Source: a virus. From it: a stretch of DNA of 64,000 bases. A program made the translations under genes and the position numbers. The DNA is taken from positions 110,596 through 174,595 of the IMG/VR virus record IMGVR_UViG_3300024520_000049; one strand, 5' to 3'. Of this stretch, positions 19,599-28,119 are shown in pieces (the stretch's first letter is position 1; every line of letters begins with the position of its first letter). The notes under the pieces were generated by a model. It had not been told where the DNA came from and did not search any database. It saw only the letters and a list, made by a program, of their open reading frames with translations.

Positions 19599-21063
19599 GC
19601 TGAAAAGTGGCTACCGCGGGGTAGCAGTGCTCATTGACCCAGCCAAGAGCAGAGCGGCAGTTACCGGCAGTGGCTGTATTAGAACAACCCTTCCTGGCCT
19701 GTTGCAGAATATGAAGGGGCTTAAACGGCGGTTGGATCTGAAGCAGATACAGGAACGCTACCCAGAGCTACTCCTGATGGTCACGCACAAAATCGGAAAG
19801 AAGGCTACGTTCCCACGCCGGCACGAAGTCTCCAGCTGGCTGGGTCTGGCGAAAAAGGCCCCGATCGGGAAGATAGCGCTGGGGGAGGACAACTTCCCAT
19901 CTGCCCCTGAACCGGCACCCCAGCCCGAGCTGGGCCTACCCCCCTCAGAGCCTGAGGTTGTTGATCCGCCAAACGCGCAAAGGGCCGCGGACCCAGGAGC
20001 TCTCTCCCTCGTCTGCCCCGAAGATATCGCGCAGGGGCGTGTGATCCGCGCTTTCTCTGAAACAGGCTCAACGGGGGACACGTTCTTCGTCGCGCACGAT
20101 GTCGCTGATATCCTGGGCTACCGTGACAGCCAGAACTTGGTTCGACTCCTCAAGAATGAGGATACAAGAGATGGTCTACGCCCTCACTTAGTGAGGGTGA
20201 AGGATCGAGTGATCGAATCCCCTTGCCTGAGCTTCCCCTGTTTAGTTCTAGCCATGTTTCGATCGGACAAGCCTCTGGCCGTCAAATTCCGGGGCTGGGT
20301 GGCGCACGATGTCATGGATCAGATCCGCCGGACGGGTTCTTTTTCGGCCGGTGGTGGGCATGCAGAGGTAGTTGGGTCTGATGAGCGGTGGAGGCTTTTT
20401 GAGGCTTCGGGAGCCCGCCAGGATCGCATGCTTGAGGCGCAGATGGCTCAGATGTCGATGTTGCAGTCACTCGTCAGCACCATGGCCGACATGCAGAAGG
20501 GCTTCGGCCACAAAGCGTCGCAGCCAGAGTCGGCGGGTTACTCCCGGGCACAAACTGCGGTCATCGGGCTGCTTGAGCCCCCTCGCGTCCCGATGAAGGA
20601 GTTCCCTTCGGACGCGTATCTCGTTGCAACCAAGGTGTCTGGGCAGCTGATCACGGACATCGCTCACCCCAATGCGCCACTAGGCACACGCACCACGCTG
20701 CTGGACTTGTTCCCGTTACGGAATGAAGCTGCGGAGATTCTCTTCATCCTTCTAGAGCGGTGGGGTGTGGTTGTTCGACATGAGCAGGGCAGCGATGAGC
20801 CGCATCTGACGGTTGACGCTACATGGCAGGAGTACGAGATCTTGGTGCCGGCATTCCGGAATACCTATATGAAAGACGGCAGCAAAGTGCTGCATAGCGA
20901 CGGTTCTGACGCGTTCCGCTCTATGTTGGTATTCCATCCAGAAGAGGCGGTTAAGCGTCTTCAGCGTCACTTCACAAAGCTGCGGGACTCCAAGCAGCTT
21001 GAGCAGGAACTTGCTGCGGCTGTCTCACTCCGAAGCGCCCGCCGCCAGAAAAAGAAGGCGTAG
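19546..21063 (+). CDS. Bro-N domain protein (antirepressor-like)
   Basis: FFVAHDVADILGY..., MFRSDKPLAVKFRGWVAHDVMDQIRRTGSF. Confidence 0.85.
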   Translation: MNEKNWRFHGTIGEVLPKLKSGYRGVAVLIDPAKSRAAVTGSGCIRTTLPGLLQNMKGLKRRLDLKQIQERYPELLLMVTHKIGKKATFPRRHEVSSWLGLAKKAPIGKIALGEDNFPSAPEPAPQPELGLPPSEPEVVDPPNAQRAADPGALSLVCPEDIAQGRVIRAFSETGSTGDTFFVAHDVADILGYRDSQNLVRLLKNEDTRDGLRPHLVRVKDRVIESPCLSFPCLVLAMFRSDKPLAVKFRGWVAHDVMDQIRRTGSFSAGGGHAEVVGSDERWRLFEASGARQDRMLEAQMAQMSMLQSLVSTMADMQKGFGHKASQPESAGYSRAQTAVIGLLEPPRVPMKEFPSDAYLVATKVSGQLITDIAHPNAPLGTRTTLLDLFPLRNEAAEILFILLERWGVVVRHEQGSDEPHLTVDATWQEYEILVPAFRNTYMKDGSKVLHSDGSDAFRSMLVFHPEEAVKRLQRHFTKLRDSKQLEQELAAAVSLRSARRQKKKA

Positions 21064-21082
21064 GCCGCACAAACACACAACC

Positions 21083-21137
21083 AACCCCCATTCATGTTCA
21101 GGAAAATATTCTTGTTCACGAATGGGGGTTTTTTATT
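21083..21137 (+). terminator. intrinsic terminator
   Basis: AACCCCCATTC...GAATGGGGGTT followed by a T-run. Confidence 0.7.
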
Positions 21138-21148
21138 GGGGGTAAATC

Positions 21149-21487
21149 ATGAGTGCAGATCTTTGGGTTCTGCTTCTCGCTGCCATGATTCAGGTGGAAT
21201 CTGGGGGCATATCACAGATCAATCACCAGGAGCAGGCCTACGGCGTATTGCAGATACGCCAGGGAGCTCTTGATGATGTCAATCAGTCCTGCGGTACTCG
21301 TATCACTCTGCAGGACTGTCTCCGTAACGAAACCATAAGTCGTTGGGTCTGCGTACAATACGCACGACGTTACGGCGCACAAACAATGGAAGGGATTGCA
21401 AGGACGCATAACGGAGGGCCGGCAGGCCCTTCGAAGGTTTCTACCCGGGCCTATTGGAACAGGGTAAAGCGGGAGCTGCGGAAGTAG
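21149..21487 (+). CDS. lysozyme-like protein (i-type lysozyme/destabilase/transglycosylase fold)
   Basis: AMIQVESGG (catalytic Glu), YGVLQI, ARTHNGGPAG, TRAYWNRVK. Confidence 0.8.
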   Translation: MSADLWVLLLAAMIQVESGGISQINHQEQAYGVLQIRQGALDDVNQSCGTRITLQDCLRNETISRWVCVQYARRYGAQTMEGIARTHNGGPAGPSKVSTRAYWNRVKRELRK

Positions 21488-21578
21488 CTCATAGTGCCCG
21501 CTTCAAAACCGCGGAAGCGCGGGATACGAATGGGGTTTACAATGAAGACGAGAAGAACTGACAAGGGACAAAAGGGGC

Positions 21579-22676
21579 ATGACAAAGGTAGGGACAAAAC
21601 CACAACAGCGGGCACTCGGGCTGAGTGTCGGCGCACTTATTGAGGCAAAAATGCAGCACCAGGAAAATACCGATCACGATCATGTGTTGGTGGGATGGCA
21701 GGCGCCTGTGCAAGCAGGGACTGTTACCTTCGACATCACGACGTTGACCGGGCTATCACCATTCACGCTCGTGTATGGACCCGCCAGTACGTTTGCAGGG
21801 CGTGAGATGACACCGGAGCAGATAATCTCGTGCAGCAAAACTTACCGTATGCGGCTGAAGCCGTTCACGGTGAACTATGCGAAGGAGAAGATCACAACAA
21901 CCGGGGACATCAAACTCTCCACATTAGTGGATACAAACTGCACACGATGCCAGCATAAGACCTCGATGCCTACTGGGAAGGCGCGGGCGCTGCAACGAGC
22001 CGGTAAGTTGACGTGCTCAATTTGTAAGGACAATGTAAAGCTAAGTATTATGGGGGTGAGACCCCAGAAACTTTCCACGTCTTCGTCACTCGTGACGAGG
22101 ATGCAGAAATGTATGGCGATGCCCTTTGCACCGAACCCTGATGTAATGCCGAACGTCTACGCGCTTATGTTGCCAGGTTCCGCGCCCGGTGCATACACGC
22201 CAGAGTCGGTAAGACAGACGGAAATGGTCAGGCGGTACCACCGTACAGCTTCCCGGTGCCCAGAATGTCAGTATGTCTCCCTTGTGCCAAAGGGAGCCAA
22301 TTTTGACGCTGGGTTCCTTATGGCTTGTCAGAACTGTCGCCACGCCTACGAGGTGCAAGGCGACAGTCACTTGTCATATGATATCCGTCCTCTAAGCGTT
22401 CTTAGAGAGCACTTTGGGAAAGTGCGCGAGACGGTTTCAAAGTCCAAACACAAAAAGGGGAAATCGAAAGTGACGCAAGAAGTTGAGTGGGGGCGCATCC
22501 CTGGGCTGCAATGCCTGGTGTGCCTGGCTGAAACCATCAACGTGGGCTGGGCTCCAAAAGCTCTTCTCCACAACTCAAATCACTTAAAGCAGCTCAACCA
22601 GCATGGTTGGGTAAGAGCATTCCCAGCGCTCGGGATGGCAAATAAACGAGCACAGCCACAAGTAACAATCGTCTAG
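21579..22676 (+). CDS. multi-Zn-ribbon hypothetical protein
   Basis: CTRC, CSIC, CPEC, CQNC, CLVC. Confidence 0.7.
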   Translation: MTKVGTKPQQRALGLSVGALIEAKMQHQENTDHDHVLVGWQAPVQAGTVTFDITTLTGLSPFTLVYGPASTFAGREMTPEQIISCSKTYRMRLKPFTVNYAKEKITTTGDIKLSTLVDTNCTRCQHKTSMPTGKARALQRAGKLTCSICKDNVKLSIMGVRPQKLSTSSSLVTRMQKCMAMPFAPNPDVMPNVYALMLPGSAPGAYTPESVRQTEMVRRYHRTASRCPECQYVSLVPKGANFDAGFLMACQNCRHAYEVQGDSHLSYDIRPLSVLREHFGKVRETVSKSKHKKGKSKVTQEVEWGRIPGLQCLVCLAETINVGWAPKALLHNSNHLKQLNQHGWVRAFPALGMANKRAQPQVTIV

Positions 22677-22701
22677 GTGATCCTGGGCTTATGCTTACAA
22701 T

Positions 22702-22726
22702 GTGGGGGGCCTAACCGGCCCCCCAC
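22702..22726. terminator. hairpin between convergent genes
   Basis: GTGGGGGGCC-TAACC-GGCCCCCCAC. Confidence 0.6.
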
Positions 22727-22729
22727 CAC

Positions 22730-23077
22730 TTAGCTTTTACGCGCTTTGCGCCGAGCCCAGGCGGCCTTCTGCCCCTCGGAGATTCTCCGGCGGGCCTCCT
22801 CAGACTGTACTGTGCCTTCGCGGTTCTTCTTACCTTTCATAGATCGTGCAATGCGCATATTCCAGGTGATCCTGTGCTGTTCCTCGTCGTCGCGCACCTC
22901 TATGGAGAGTTCCTCATCGGGGTCGGCGAAGTTCATGATATAGTTCACCTGGCTCAGGGTTAAAACCCAGCCCTGCTTCTTCAGCTCTCTCCACTTCTTT
23001 CTGACACCCTTCTCAGACATGCGCGGGTAGCGGGATTCAGGTGGTAGTTTTGGTGCTTTTGGTACGTCTCGTGGCAT
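22730..23077 (-). CDS. small basic protein with NUMOD3-like DNA-binding motif
   Basis: MKGKKN..QSEEARRRISEGQKAAWARRK; SD AAAGGAGG on the minus strand. Confidence 0.7.
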   Translation of the reverse strand: MPRDVPKAPKLPPESRYPRMSEKGVRKKWRELKKQGWVLTLSQVNYIMNFADPDEELSIEVRDDEEQHRITWNMRIARSMKGKKNREGTVQSEEARRRISEGQKAAWARRKARKS

Positions 23078-23135
23078 AGGTGCCTCCTTTGTTGCTGAAG
23101 AGACGATATCACACCTGACAAAAAAGTCCAGACCG

Positions 23136-23277
23136 TACTTAAACTATTCTAGGCAGTAAATCGAGACTATCGTTACAACTTCAGAGAGGATACTTAAACT
23201 AAGCCGCGCCTTCAGATACCTGCTGTTTATACTTTAACTACATACTTAAACTATTCTAGGCAGTAAATCGAGACTAT
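23136..23277. repeat. 35-bp perfect direct repeat plus TACTTAAACTA iterons
   Basis: TACTTAAACTATTCTAGGCAGTAAATCGAGACTAT at 23136-23170 and 23243-23277; core motif also at 23191 and, as a variant, at 23230. Confidence 0.9.
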
Positions 23278-23494
23278 TGACACGGAAAAATCCCGTTTTT
23301 GTAAATTTCACAAAATAAGAGATATCCCCCCTAAAGGGGGTCTATCCTCTTATTAAACAAAAACGTCGTCCGCCTTAGCCTAACGGCACGGCTTCCTAGT
23401 TTTGTTCGCTCCATCGCGATAAAACCCCATCTGGGGCTTGCAAAGGGGGTTCCGCCTTGTAAGATATACCACGCACAAACACAAAGGAGGCTCC

Positions 23495-23755
23495 GTGGAG
23501 AAGCTGATGACTCACCCTGTTGAATGCCGCAAATGCGGCCACATTGAGGATGCGCAGCATTGCACCTCGAACACCTGCGGCAACAAAGATTGCCGCGCTC
23601 ACCTGACAACCCCATGCCCTAGCGGCTGCGGCCACGACATCATGGTGTCTTTGGCCTACCCGCACTATTCCAGGAGCAGTAGCTCCTGCCCCTACTGCTA
23701 CAACAACGGCGTCGATGCCGGGCCGTCGATGTTGAAGATTCCGCTGACGACCTAA
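23495..23755 (+). CDS. small Cys-rich Zn-binding protein
   Basis: SD AAGGAGG; CRKC, CGNKDC, CPSGC, CPYC. Confidence 0.6.
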   Translation: MEKLMTHPVECRKCGHIEDAQHCTSNTCGNKDCRAHLTTPCPSGCGHDIMVSLAYPHYSRSSSSCPYCYNNGVDAGPSMLKIPLTT

Positions 23756-23760
23756 ATAGC

Positions 23761-23902
23761 GGGCAGGTAGCTTAAATCGGCAAAGCGGGGGCCCTGGTCC
23801 TCTAGGATGAGTGGCTACTGCAGCTAGGTTATTTTCTAATTTTTTCCTAATAGCAGGTGACGCGATTCCGACATGCGGGTTCGAATCCCGTCCTGTCCAC
23901 CA
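23761..23902 (+). ncRNA. tRNA-like RNA (142 nt), Ala-type acceptor stem, anticodon arm replaced or interrupted by a large insert
   Basis: Acceptor GGGCAGG/CCTGTCC-A-CCA (G3:U70, A73), D-arm GCTT..AAGC, T-arm GCGGG-TTCGAAT-CCCGT; about 66 nt longer than a canonical tRNA. Confidence 0.75.
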
Positions 23903-23950
23903 ATGACCTAAAATATTTAGAAAAAAGCACGTCTTTTTCTAAACGCCTTT

Positions 23951-24008
23951 GAGCGAGGCGGGCCGATGCACTGACCAACTGCGGTGCAAAAGCCTGTCTC
24001 GCTCTTTT
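23951..24008 (+). ncRNA. long imperfect hairpin followed by T-run (small RNA or terminator)
   Basis: GAGCGAGGCGGGC/GCCTGTCTCGCTC outer stem, TGCACTG/CGGTGCA inner stem. Confidence 0.5.
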
Positions 24009-24036
24009 CATTTATACTTACAATTAAGGAGGCAAT

Positions 24037-24240
24037 ATGCCTGACTTCCACGAGACTCGTATGGGTCGGAGATTTATTGAGGGCACCATGCCTAAAATCG
24101 CCAACGCACTGGAGCGCATCGCTGACGCACTGGAGCGGCGCAATGACCTGGAACGTCACGAGGAGGGCGCGCCGACTAGCGGTACCACTGCAAGGCCTGA
24201 TCCAGACTATAACCCCGGAGGCTCAGGGCCTCCTTCATAA
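24037..24240 (+). CDS. small hypothetical protein
   Basis: Strong SD AAGGAGG; MPDFHETRMGRRFIEGTMPKIANALERIADAL. Confidence 0.7.
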   Translation: MPDFHETRMGRRFIEGTMPKIANALERIADALERRNDLERHEEGAPTSGTTARPDPDYNPGGSGPPS

Positions 24241-24457
24241 TCAGTCGAGAGGCCAGGATCACTACCTGACCTCTCATAGCGCGGGTACAGAACCAAGCCC
24301 GCCTCTCGGTCGAAGGATCTCAGAGGGTTATCACGATAGCCCCGGACCGGTGGGACCTCAGCTTTGGCACAAATTGCTGCAGGTCATGACAAGAAGTTCA
24401 TCAGCCACGCTTGTCACCACTCTCCTACAGGGCGCGAGCGGCGCCCGATCACTGATC
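24239..24457 (+). ncRNA. candidate structured ncRNA (~220 nt, multi-hairpin)
   Basis: Closing stem ATCAGT/ACTGAT and about six internal hairpins seen by eye. Confidence 0.55.
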
Positions 24458-24474
24458 CGTCCGCTCACTTTTTT

Positions 24475-24605
24475 CTTCGCGTGGCGCAATTGGAAGACGC
24501 CTCACCCGCAAGGTGAGCTGGGCCGAGGTGTGCCCAGGAACGAGAGTTCAAAGGGGGTTCGATTCCCCTACATGATTGCGGGTTCGAGCCCCGCCGCGAA
24601 GACCA
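24475..24605 (+). ncRNA. tRNA-like RNA (131 nt) with four internal hairpins replacing the anticodon/variable arms
   Basis: Acceptor CTTCGCG/CGCGAAG-A-CCA, D-region TGGCGCAATTGGAAGACGC, T-arm GCGGG-TTCGAGC-CCCGC. Confidence 0.75.
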
Positions 24606-24765
24606 GAACCCACCCCCCGGAAAATGGCAGGAAACACCTGTCAAAACCCCCGGAAAACCCCCTCCGCGCCGAGGCAAAAACCCGTCCAGATTTGCAGTTA
24701 CACCCCCCACTACGATTTTTTCTAGGCAGGGAAAGGGTCTGCAGGCTATATTAACGAGAGCAAAT

Positions 24766-25215
24766 ATGAAGAAGAAAGAAATAATTGATTGGGTTGAGCG
24801 GCGGTTCTTGCCTCAACTTCGACTTAAGCCGGACGACACTGCGGCCGTCTATTGTCTGGACAGGGAAGGTCGGTATACAATCATCCCACCCACTCCCATG
24901 CCGCACCTGGACCGAGTGTGCGCATACCACATCCGGCGAGCACTGAAAGGGCAGCCCGATGAGACCGCGTGCGACGCCTATGCTGAAGACCCGCTTATCT
25001 CTGATGGCGGAGACCCGCTGTGGTGCGGCCCAGCAGCAGCCAGTATCTTCAGGCTGTGGTTCCCCGAGCTTCCTCGTGTTGTAGCGACTCATTTAGAGGA
25101 GGTGCTTGACGATTACATCGTAGTCGTGCACAGTGCCTACGTTTACGGGGTTTTCCGAAGAGGGCACAGGCTTACGGAAGTGGCACGTAAACATTACGAT
25201 AGCAGGAAGAGCTAA
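24766..25215 (+). CDS. hypothetical protein
   Basis: First ORF after the RNA locus; 149 aa. Confidence 0.6.
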   Translation: MKKKEIIDWVERRFLPQLRLKPDDTAAVYCLDREGRYTIIPPTPMPHLDRVCAYHIRRALKGQPDETACDAYAEDPLISDGGDPLWCGPAAASIFRLWFPELPRVVATHLEEVLDDYIVVVHSAYVYGVFRRGHRLTEVARKHYDSRKS

Positions 25216-25219
25216 GACT

Positions 25220-25414
25220 ATGCAAAAAGGTGACTTACTACGATGCACAGAGTGCGGCTACAGGTTTGAGGACGATGATGTCCCAGTCTGCCCGAAGTGT
25301 GGAAGTGAGTCATATGTGGGGCCTGATACAGGCCTTAACGAAGACGAAGAGCTTGAGTATTACAAAACTTTCTATATTGACGAACTCGAAGAAGATGAGG
25401 AGGATGACGAATGA
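25220..25414 (+). CDS. small Zn-ribbon protein with acidic tail
   Basis: CTECG..CPKCGS. Confidence 0.65.
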   Translation: MQKGDLLRCTECGYRFEDDDVPVCPKCGSESYVGPDTGLNEDEELEYYKTFYIDELEEDEEDDE

Positions 25415-26136
25415 CAGATAAACCACAATCACGAGATAGTATTCTTGAGGCAATCTCCGGCGATACCGGACTGGCTATCGACGAGATTCGGGCAGCGCTG
25501 ACAAAGACTGTCAGTACTCCAGGAGATTACGCTGCTAAAGTGCACCAGGCCGCCGAGCCGTTGGAGCCCTTTTTTAACACCATTTTCACATATTATGTGG
25601 ACAGCGAGGATGTGCATACTTACTACTGGAATGGTTCTTTGGTGGATGCCCCAGGCGTGCTGCAGATGTTGCAGATGATCTGGTCCCAGGCTGAAACACT
25701 CAGCATCTCCCCTACGGAGCAAGCGCCACTTCAAATTAAGGAGATCGCACTGGCTCAGCCCGAGGACAACCGGGAGCACTTAGGCCAGCTCTTTGACGAT
25801 TTGGTATCCCACACATCGCCGGCCGAGGCCGCTGCCTGTTTGGTATTTGTAGCACAGGTGAACGACGAGAAGAAGACCGTTGACCGGATCGTTCACATGG
25901 CTCTCGGCCCTAAGAATGTTGTCGTCGGACTCTCCGCAAGTCTCTGCCACGCAATGGAGCACGTTCTGTATCAGGTAGTCCAGGCCATTAAGCAGGACAA
26001 GCCGGTGCAGGACCATCTCTACATGCGCCCAGCACCACCGGCGGAAGACGCACCATCCGGGCCTGATCCTATCCCGTTTAAGCCCGACAAGGCTAAGAGA
26101 AACAAGCGCAAAGCCGCGAGAAAGAAGCGTGGATGA
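25411..26136 (+). CDS. hypothetical protein
   Basis: Coupled ORF, 241 aa, basic C-terminus. Confidence 0.65.
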   Translation: MTDKPQSRDSILEAISGDTGLAIDEIRAALTKTVSTPGDYAAKVHQAAEPLEPFFNTIFTYYVDSEDVHTYYWNGSLVDAPGVLQMLQMIWSQAETLSISPTEQAPLQIKEIALAQPEDNREHLGQLFDDLVSHTSPAEAAACLVFVAQVNDEKKTVDRIVHMALGPKNVVVGLSASLCHAMEHVLYQVVQAIKQDKPVQDHLYMRPAPPAEDAPSGPDPIPFKPDKAKRNKRKAARKKRG

Positions 26137-26710
26137 AGCACCATTACAGTCAACTCAGGACCTTATCGAGAACAGGTTCAACCCCACGCTCCCGGCAGAC
26201 GTCAAAGCTTACCTACTGATCGGGGAAGTGGACGTGGCCGGCAGAGGGTACGGGCTGGTTCACAGCAAGGGGGATCCCTCACAAACCGAGCTTATGCTGG
26301 AGGACAAGATACCTACGGCTATAAAGCACTTTGCGCTGATGCAGTCCTCGCCTAAGTACGCAACCCACCGGCGGCTAGTAATGGGCGAGCACCTCACACC
26401 CGAGCGCTCACTCTGGCTGCTCCGCTCCGCCAAGGTTTTAGAGGACGCTATGACAAGCTTCTTCCTAATCTGCGTGCAGGAGCCTAACAATCACTACATT
26501 GCAGTAATGCATGGTCGCAACATGCCGCTGACCTTTGTAAGTACGATCAATGCACTGCATATTATCGACGAGAATCGCCGAGAGAATGGACGTGCTGGGT
26601 TTATGCATCTGGTTGAGCCGCACATACCGATTGTGAAGCTGCCCCAGGAGCCTGCCCTGCCGCCTCCTGCACCCTCACCAATATGGCCGGATAAACACTG
26701 GATGAACTGA
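26129..26710 (+). CDS. hypothetical protein
   Basis: Coupled ORF, 193 aa. Confidence 0.6.
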   Translation: MDEAPLQSTQDLIENRFNPTLPADVKAYLLIGEVDVAGRGYGLVHSKGDPSQTELMLEDKIPTAIKHFALMQSSPKYATHRRLVMGEHLTPERSLWLLRSAKVLEDAMTSFFLICVQEPNNHYIAVMHGRNMPLTFVSTINALHIIDENRRENGRAGFMHLVEPHIPIVKLPQEPALPPPAPSPIWPDKHWMN

Positions 26711-26721
26711 GGTGGAGATAA

Positions 26722-27120
26722 GTGGCCATGACGATTGACAAAGCCATAGCGCTATTGCAGAGCCTCACCTACAAGCCGCATTGGAAGCTGAAGGTGACAT
26801 ACAGTGAGGCCGACGATCTGGCCTACCTTCGGTTGAAGGTCAAGACGGAGTGCACACGCACAGGTGAGATGGTACAATTTGCTACCGATACGAAAATAGC
26901 CATCTCACCATACTGCAACCGACCACTGCAGTTTGACACTGGTGAGGCGGAGCTCTTACAGGCCGTCCGGCAGTGGATACACGAACTTGAACTACACGAA
27001 GCAGATGAATGGCTGCAGGTAGATGGGAAGATGGTCTTTGACCCACATCCCGTACCCTACAAGCCAGGACGAAGTTACGTAGAGGCAACGCCAGCTGGGC
27101 ACAGGCTTCAGAAGGTATGA
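26722..27120 (+). CDS. hypothetical phage protein
   Basis: LTYKPHW...ELHEADEWLQVDGKMVFDPH, a recurring phage protein pattern. Confidence 0.65.
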   Translation: MAMTIDKAIALLQSLTYKPHWKLKVTYSEADDLAYLRLKVKTECTRTGEMVQFATDTKIAISPYCNRPLQFDTGEAELLQAVRQWIHELELHEADEWLQVDGKMVFDPHPVPYKPGRSYVEATPAGHRLQKV

Positions 27121-27416
27121 AGATGCGGATGGTTCATCCGGATGTGCGATCGCGGCCGGAAGGCTTTATGATCGTATTTCCCGACGACACAGCTCTTATC
27201 GTTTTCGAGCGCGGCTTAGATGGCGCTGTCGAATGTGGCAAAGCGCTGTGCCGTTTAGGTTACAGCCAATGGACGACAGACGACGGAACACTGTATTACG
27301 CAGGAATACTGGACGGGCATAACTATGAGCAGGAGGTCAGACACGGGTGGCTCGTTGAGGAGGCCTTGCAGAGCATGCGCCAGGAATTACACGAAGAGGA
27401 CGAAGATGAAGGATGA
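27117..27416 (+). CDS. hypothetical protein
   Basis: Coupled ORF. Confidence 0.55.
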   Translation: MKMRMVHPDVRSRPEGFMIVFPDDTALIVFERGLDGAVECGKALCRLGYSQWTTDDGTLYYAGILDGHNYEQEVRHGWLVEEALQSMRQELHEEDEDEG

Positions 27417-27690
27417 TAAAGAAGCCTTAGAGGGCTCTCGGGCCGCAGACGGCCAGGAGCCCGCAAATCAGCCTAAAGTCGCGCAGGAGCCGCCAGACGG
27501 CCACCAGCGGGCGAATTTGGCACGTAAGGTTGTCGACATGACAGCCTACATCGAAACGCTACAGATGCGTTACAAGGAGAGCTTAAACAAAGCAAACAGC
27601 CTGCTGGGAACAATTGAGCAGATAAGAGTGGAGCGGGATAAGCTCCAACGACTGCTTGATCATGATATGCAGGCGGGACCTCGTGGGTAA
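27406..27690 (+). CDS. coiled-coil hypothetical protein
   Basis: SD GAGG; heptad-like C-terminal half. Confidence 0.55.
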   Translation: MKDDKEALEGSRAADGQEPANQPKVAQEPPDGHQRANLARKVVDMTAYIETLQMRYKESLNKANSLLGTIEQIRVERDKLQRLLDHDMQAGPRG

Positions 27691-27852
27691 CCGCGACGAC
27701 ATCCCAAGTTCCCAGACGCTGGCCACTCTGGCCATGTTGGTGCTTCTCGCCATACTACTGCTGCTAACGGCAGTTCTCGGCGTATAGCCTGACGAAACCT
27801 CGGCACTTGTTTCAAAGTACCGAGGTATGTATCACCTGAACGGAGAGAATTC

Positions 27853-28119
27853 ATGGACGTGATGGAGCCTTGGGTATTCGTGGTTGTGTTCGTGGTAGTT
27901 GTAGAAATAGTCGTCTCGGCATTGCTGGTATACAGCATCTGCCGGGCGATTCGCCAGCAGAGTGTGGAGCTGAAGAAGACAGCAGCGCTTACTCTGAGGG
28001 TCCAGCTACACCTTGAGGAGGTAAACACAGGACAGACACAGATCTTAGAGACTCTGAAAGAAGTAACCCCAACCCTCGTGAAGATAAGCGAGATTTACCA
28101 AAAGGAGAAAGATGAGTGA
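27853..28119 (+). CDS. membrane protein (single TM + coiled coil)
   Basis: WVFVVVFVVVVEIVVSALLVY. Confidence 0.6.
   Translation: MDVMEPWVFVVVFVVVVEIVVSALLVYSICRAIRQQSVELKKTAALTLRVQLHLEEVNTGQTQILETLKEVTPTLVKISEIYQKEKDE

Noticed and set aside
22730-23077. Homing endonuclease
   Set aside because: Has only a NUMOD3-like motif; no GIY-YIG or HNH catalytic domain.
23761-23902. tmRNA (ssrA)
   Set aside because: The Ala acceptor identity fits, but it is only 142 nt, has a paired D-stem and has no tag reading frame.
23984-24754. 256-aa ORF across the RNA locus
   Set aside because: No SD, atypical composition, and it overlaps a well-supported small gene and the tRNA-like structures.
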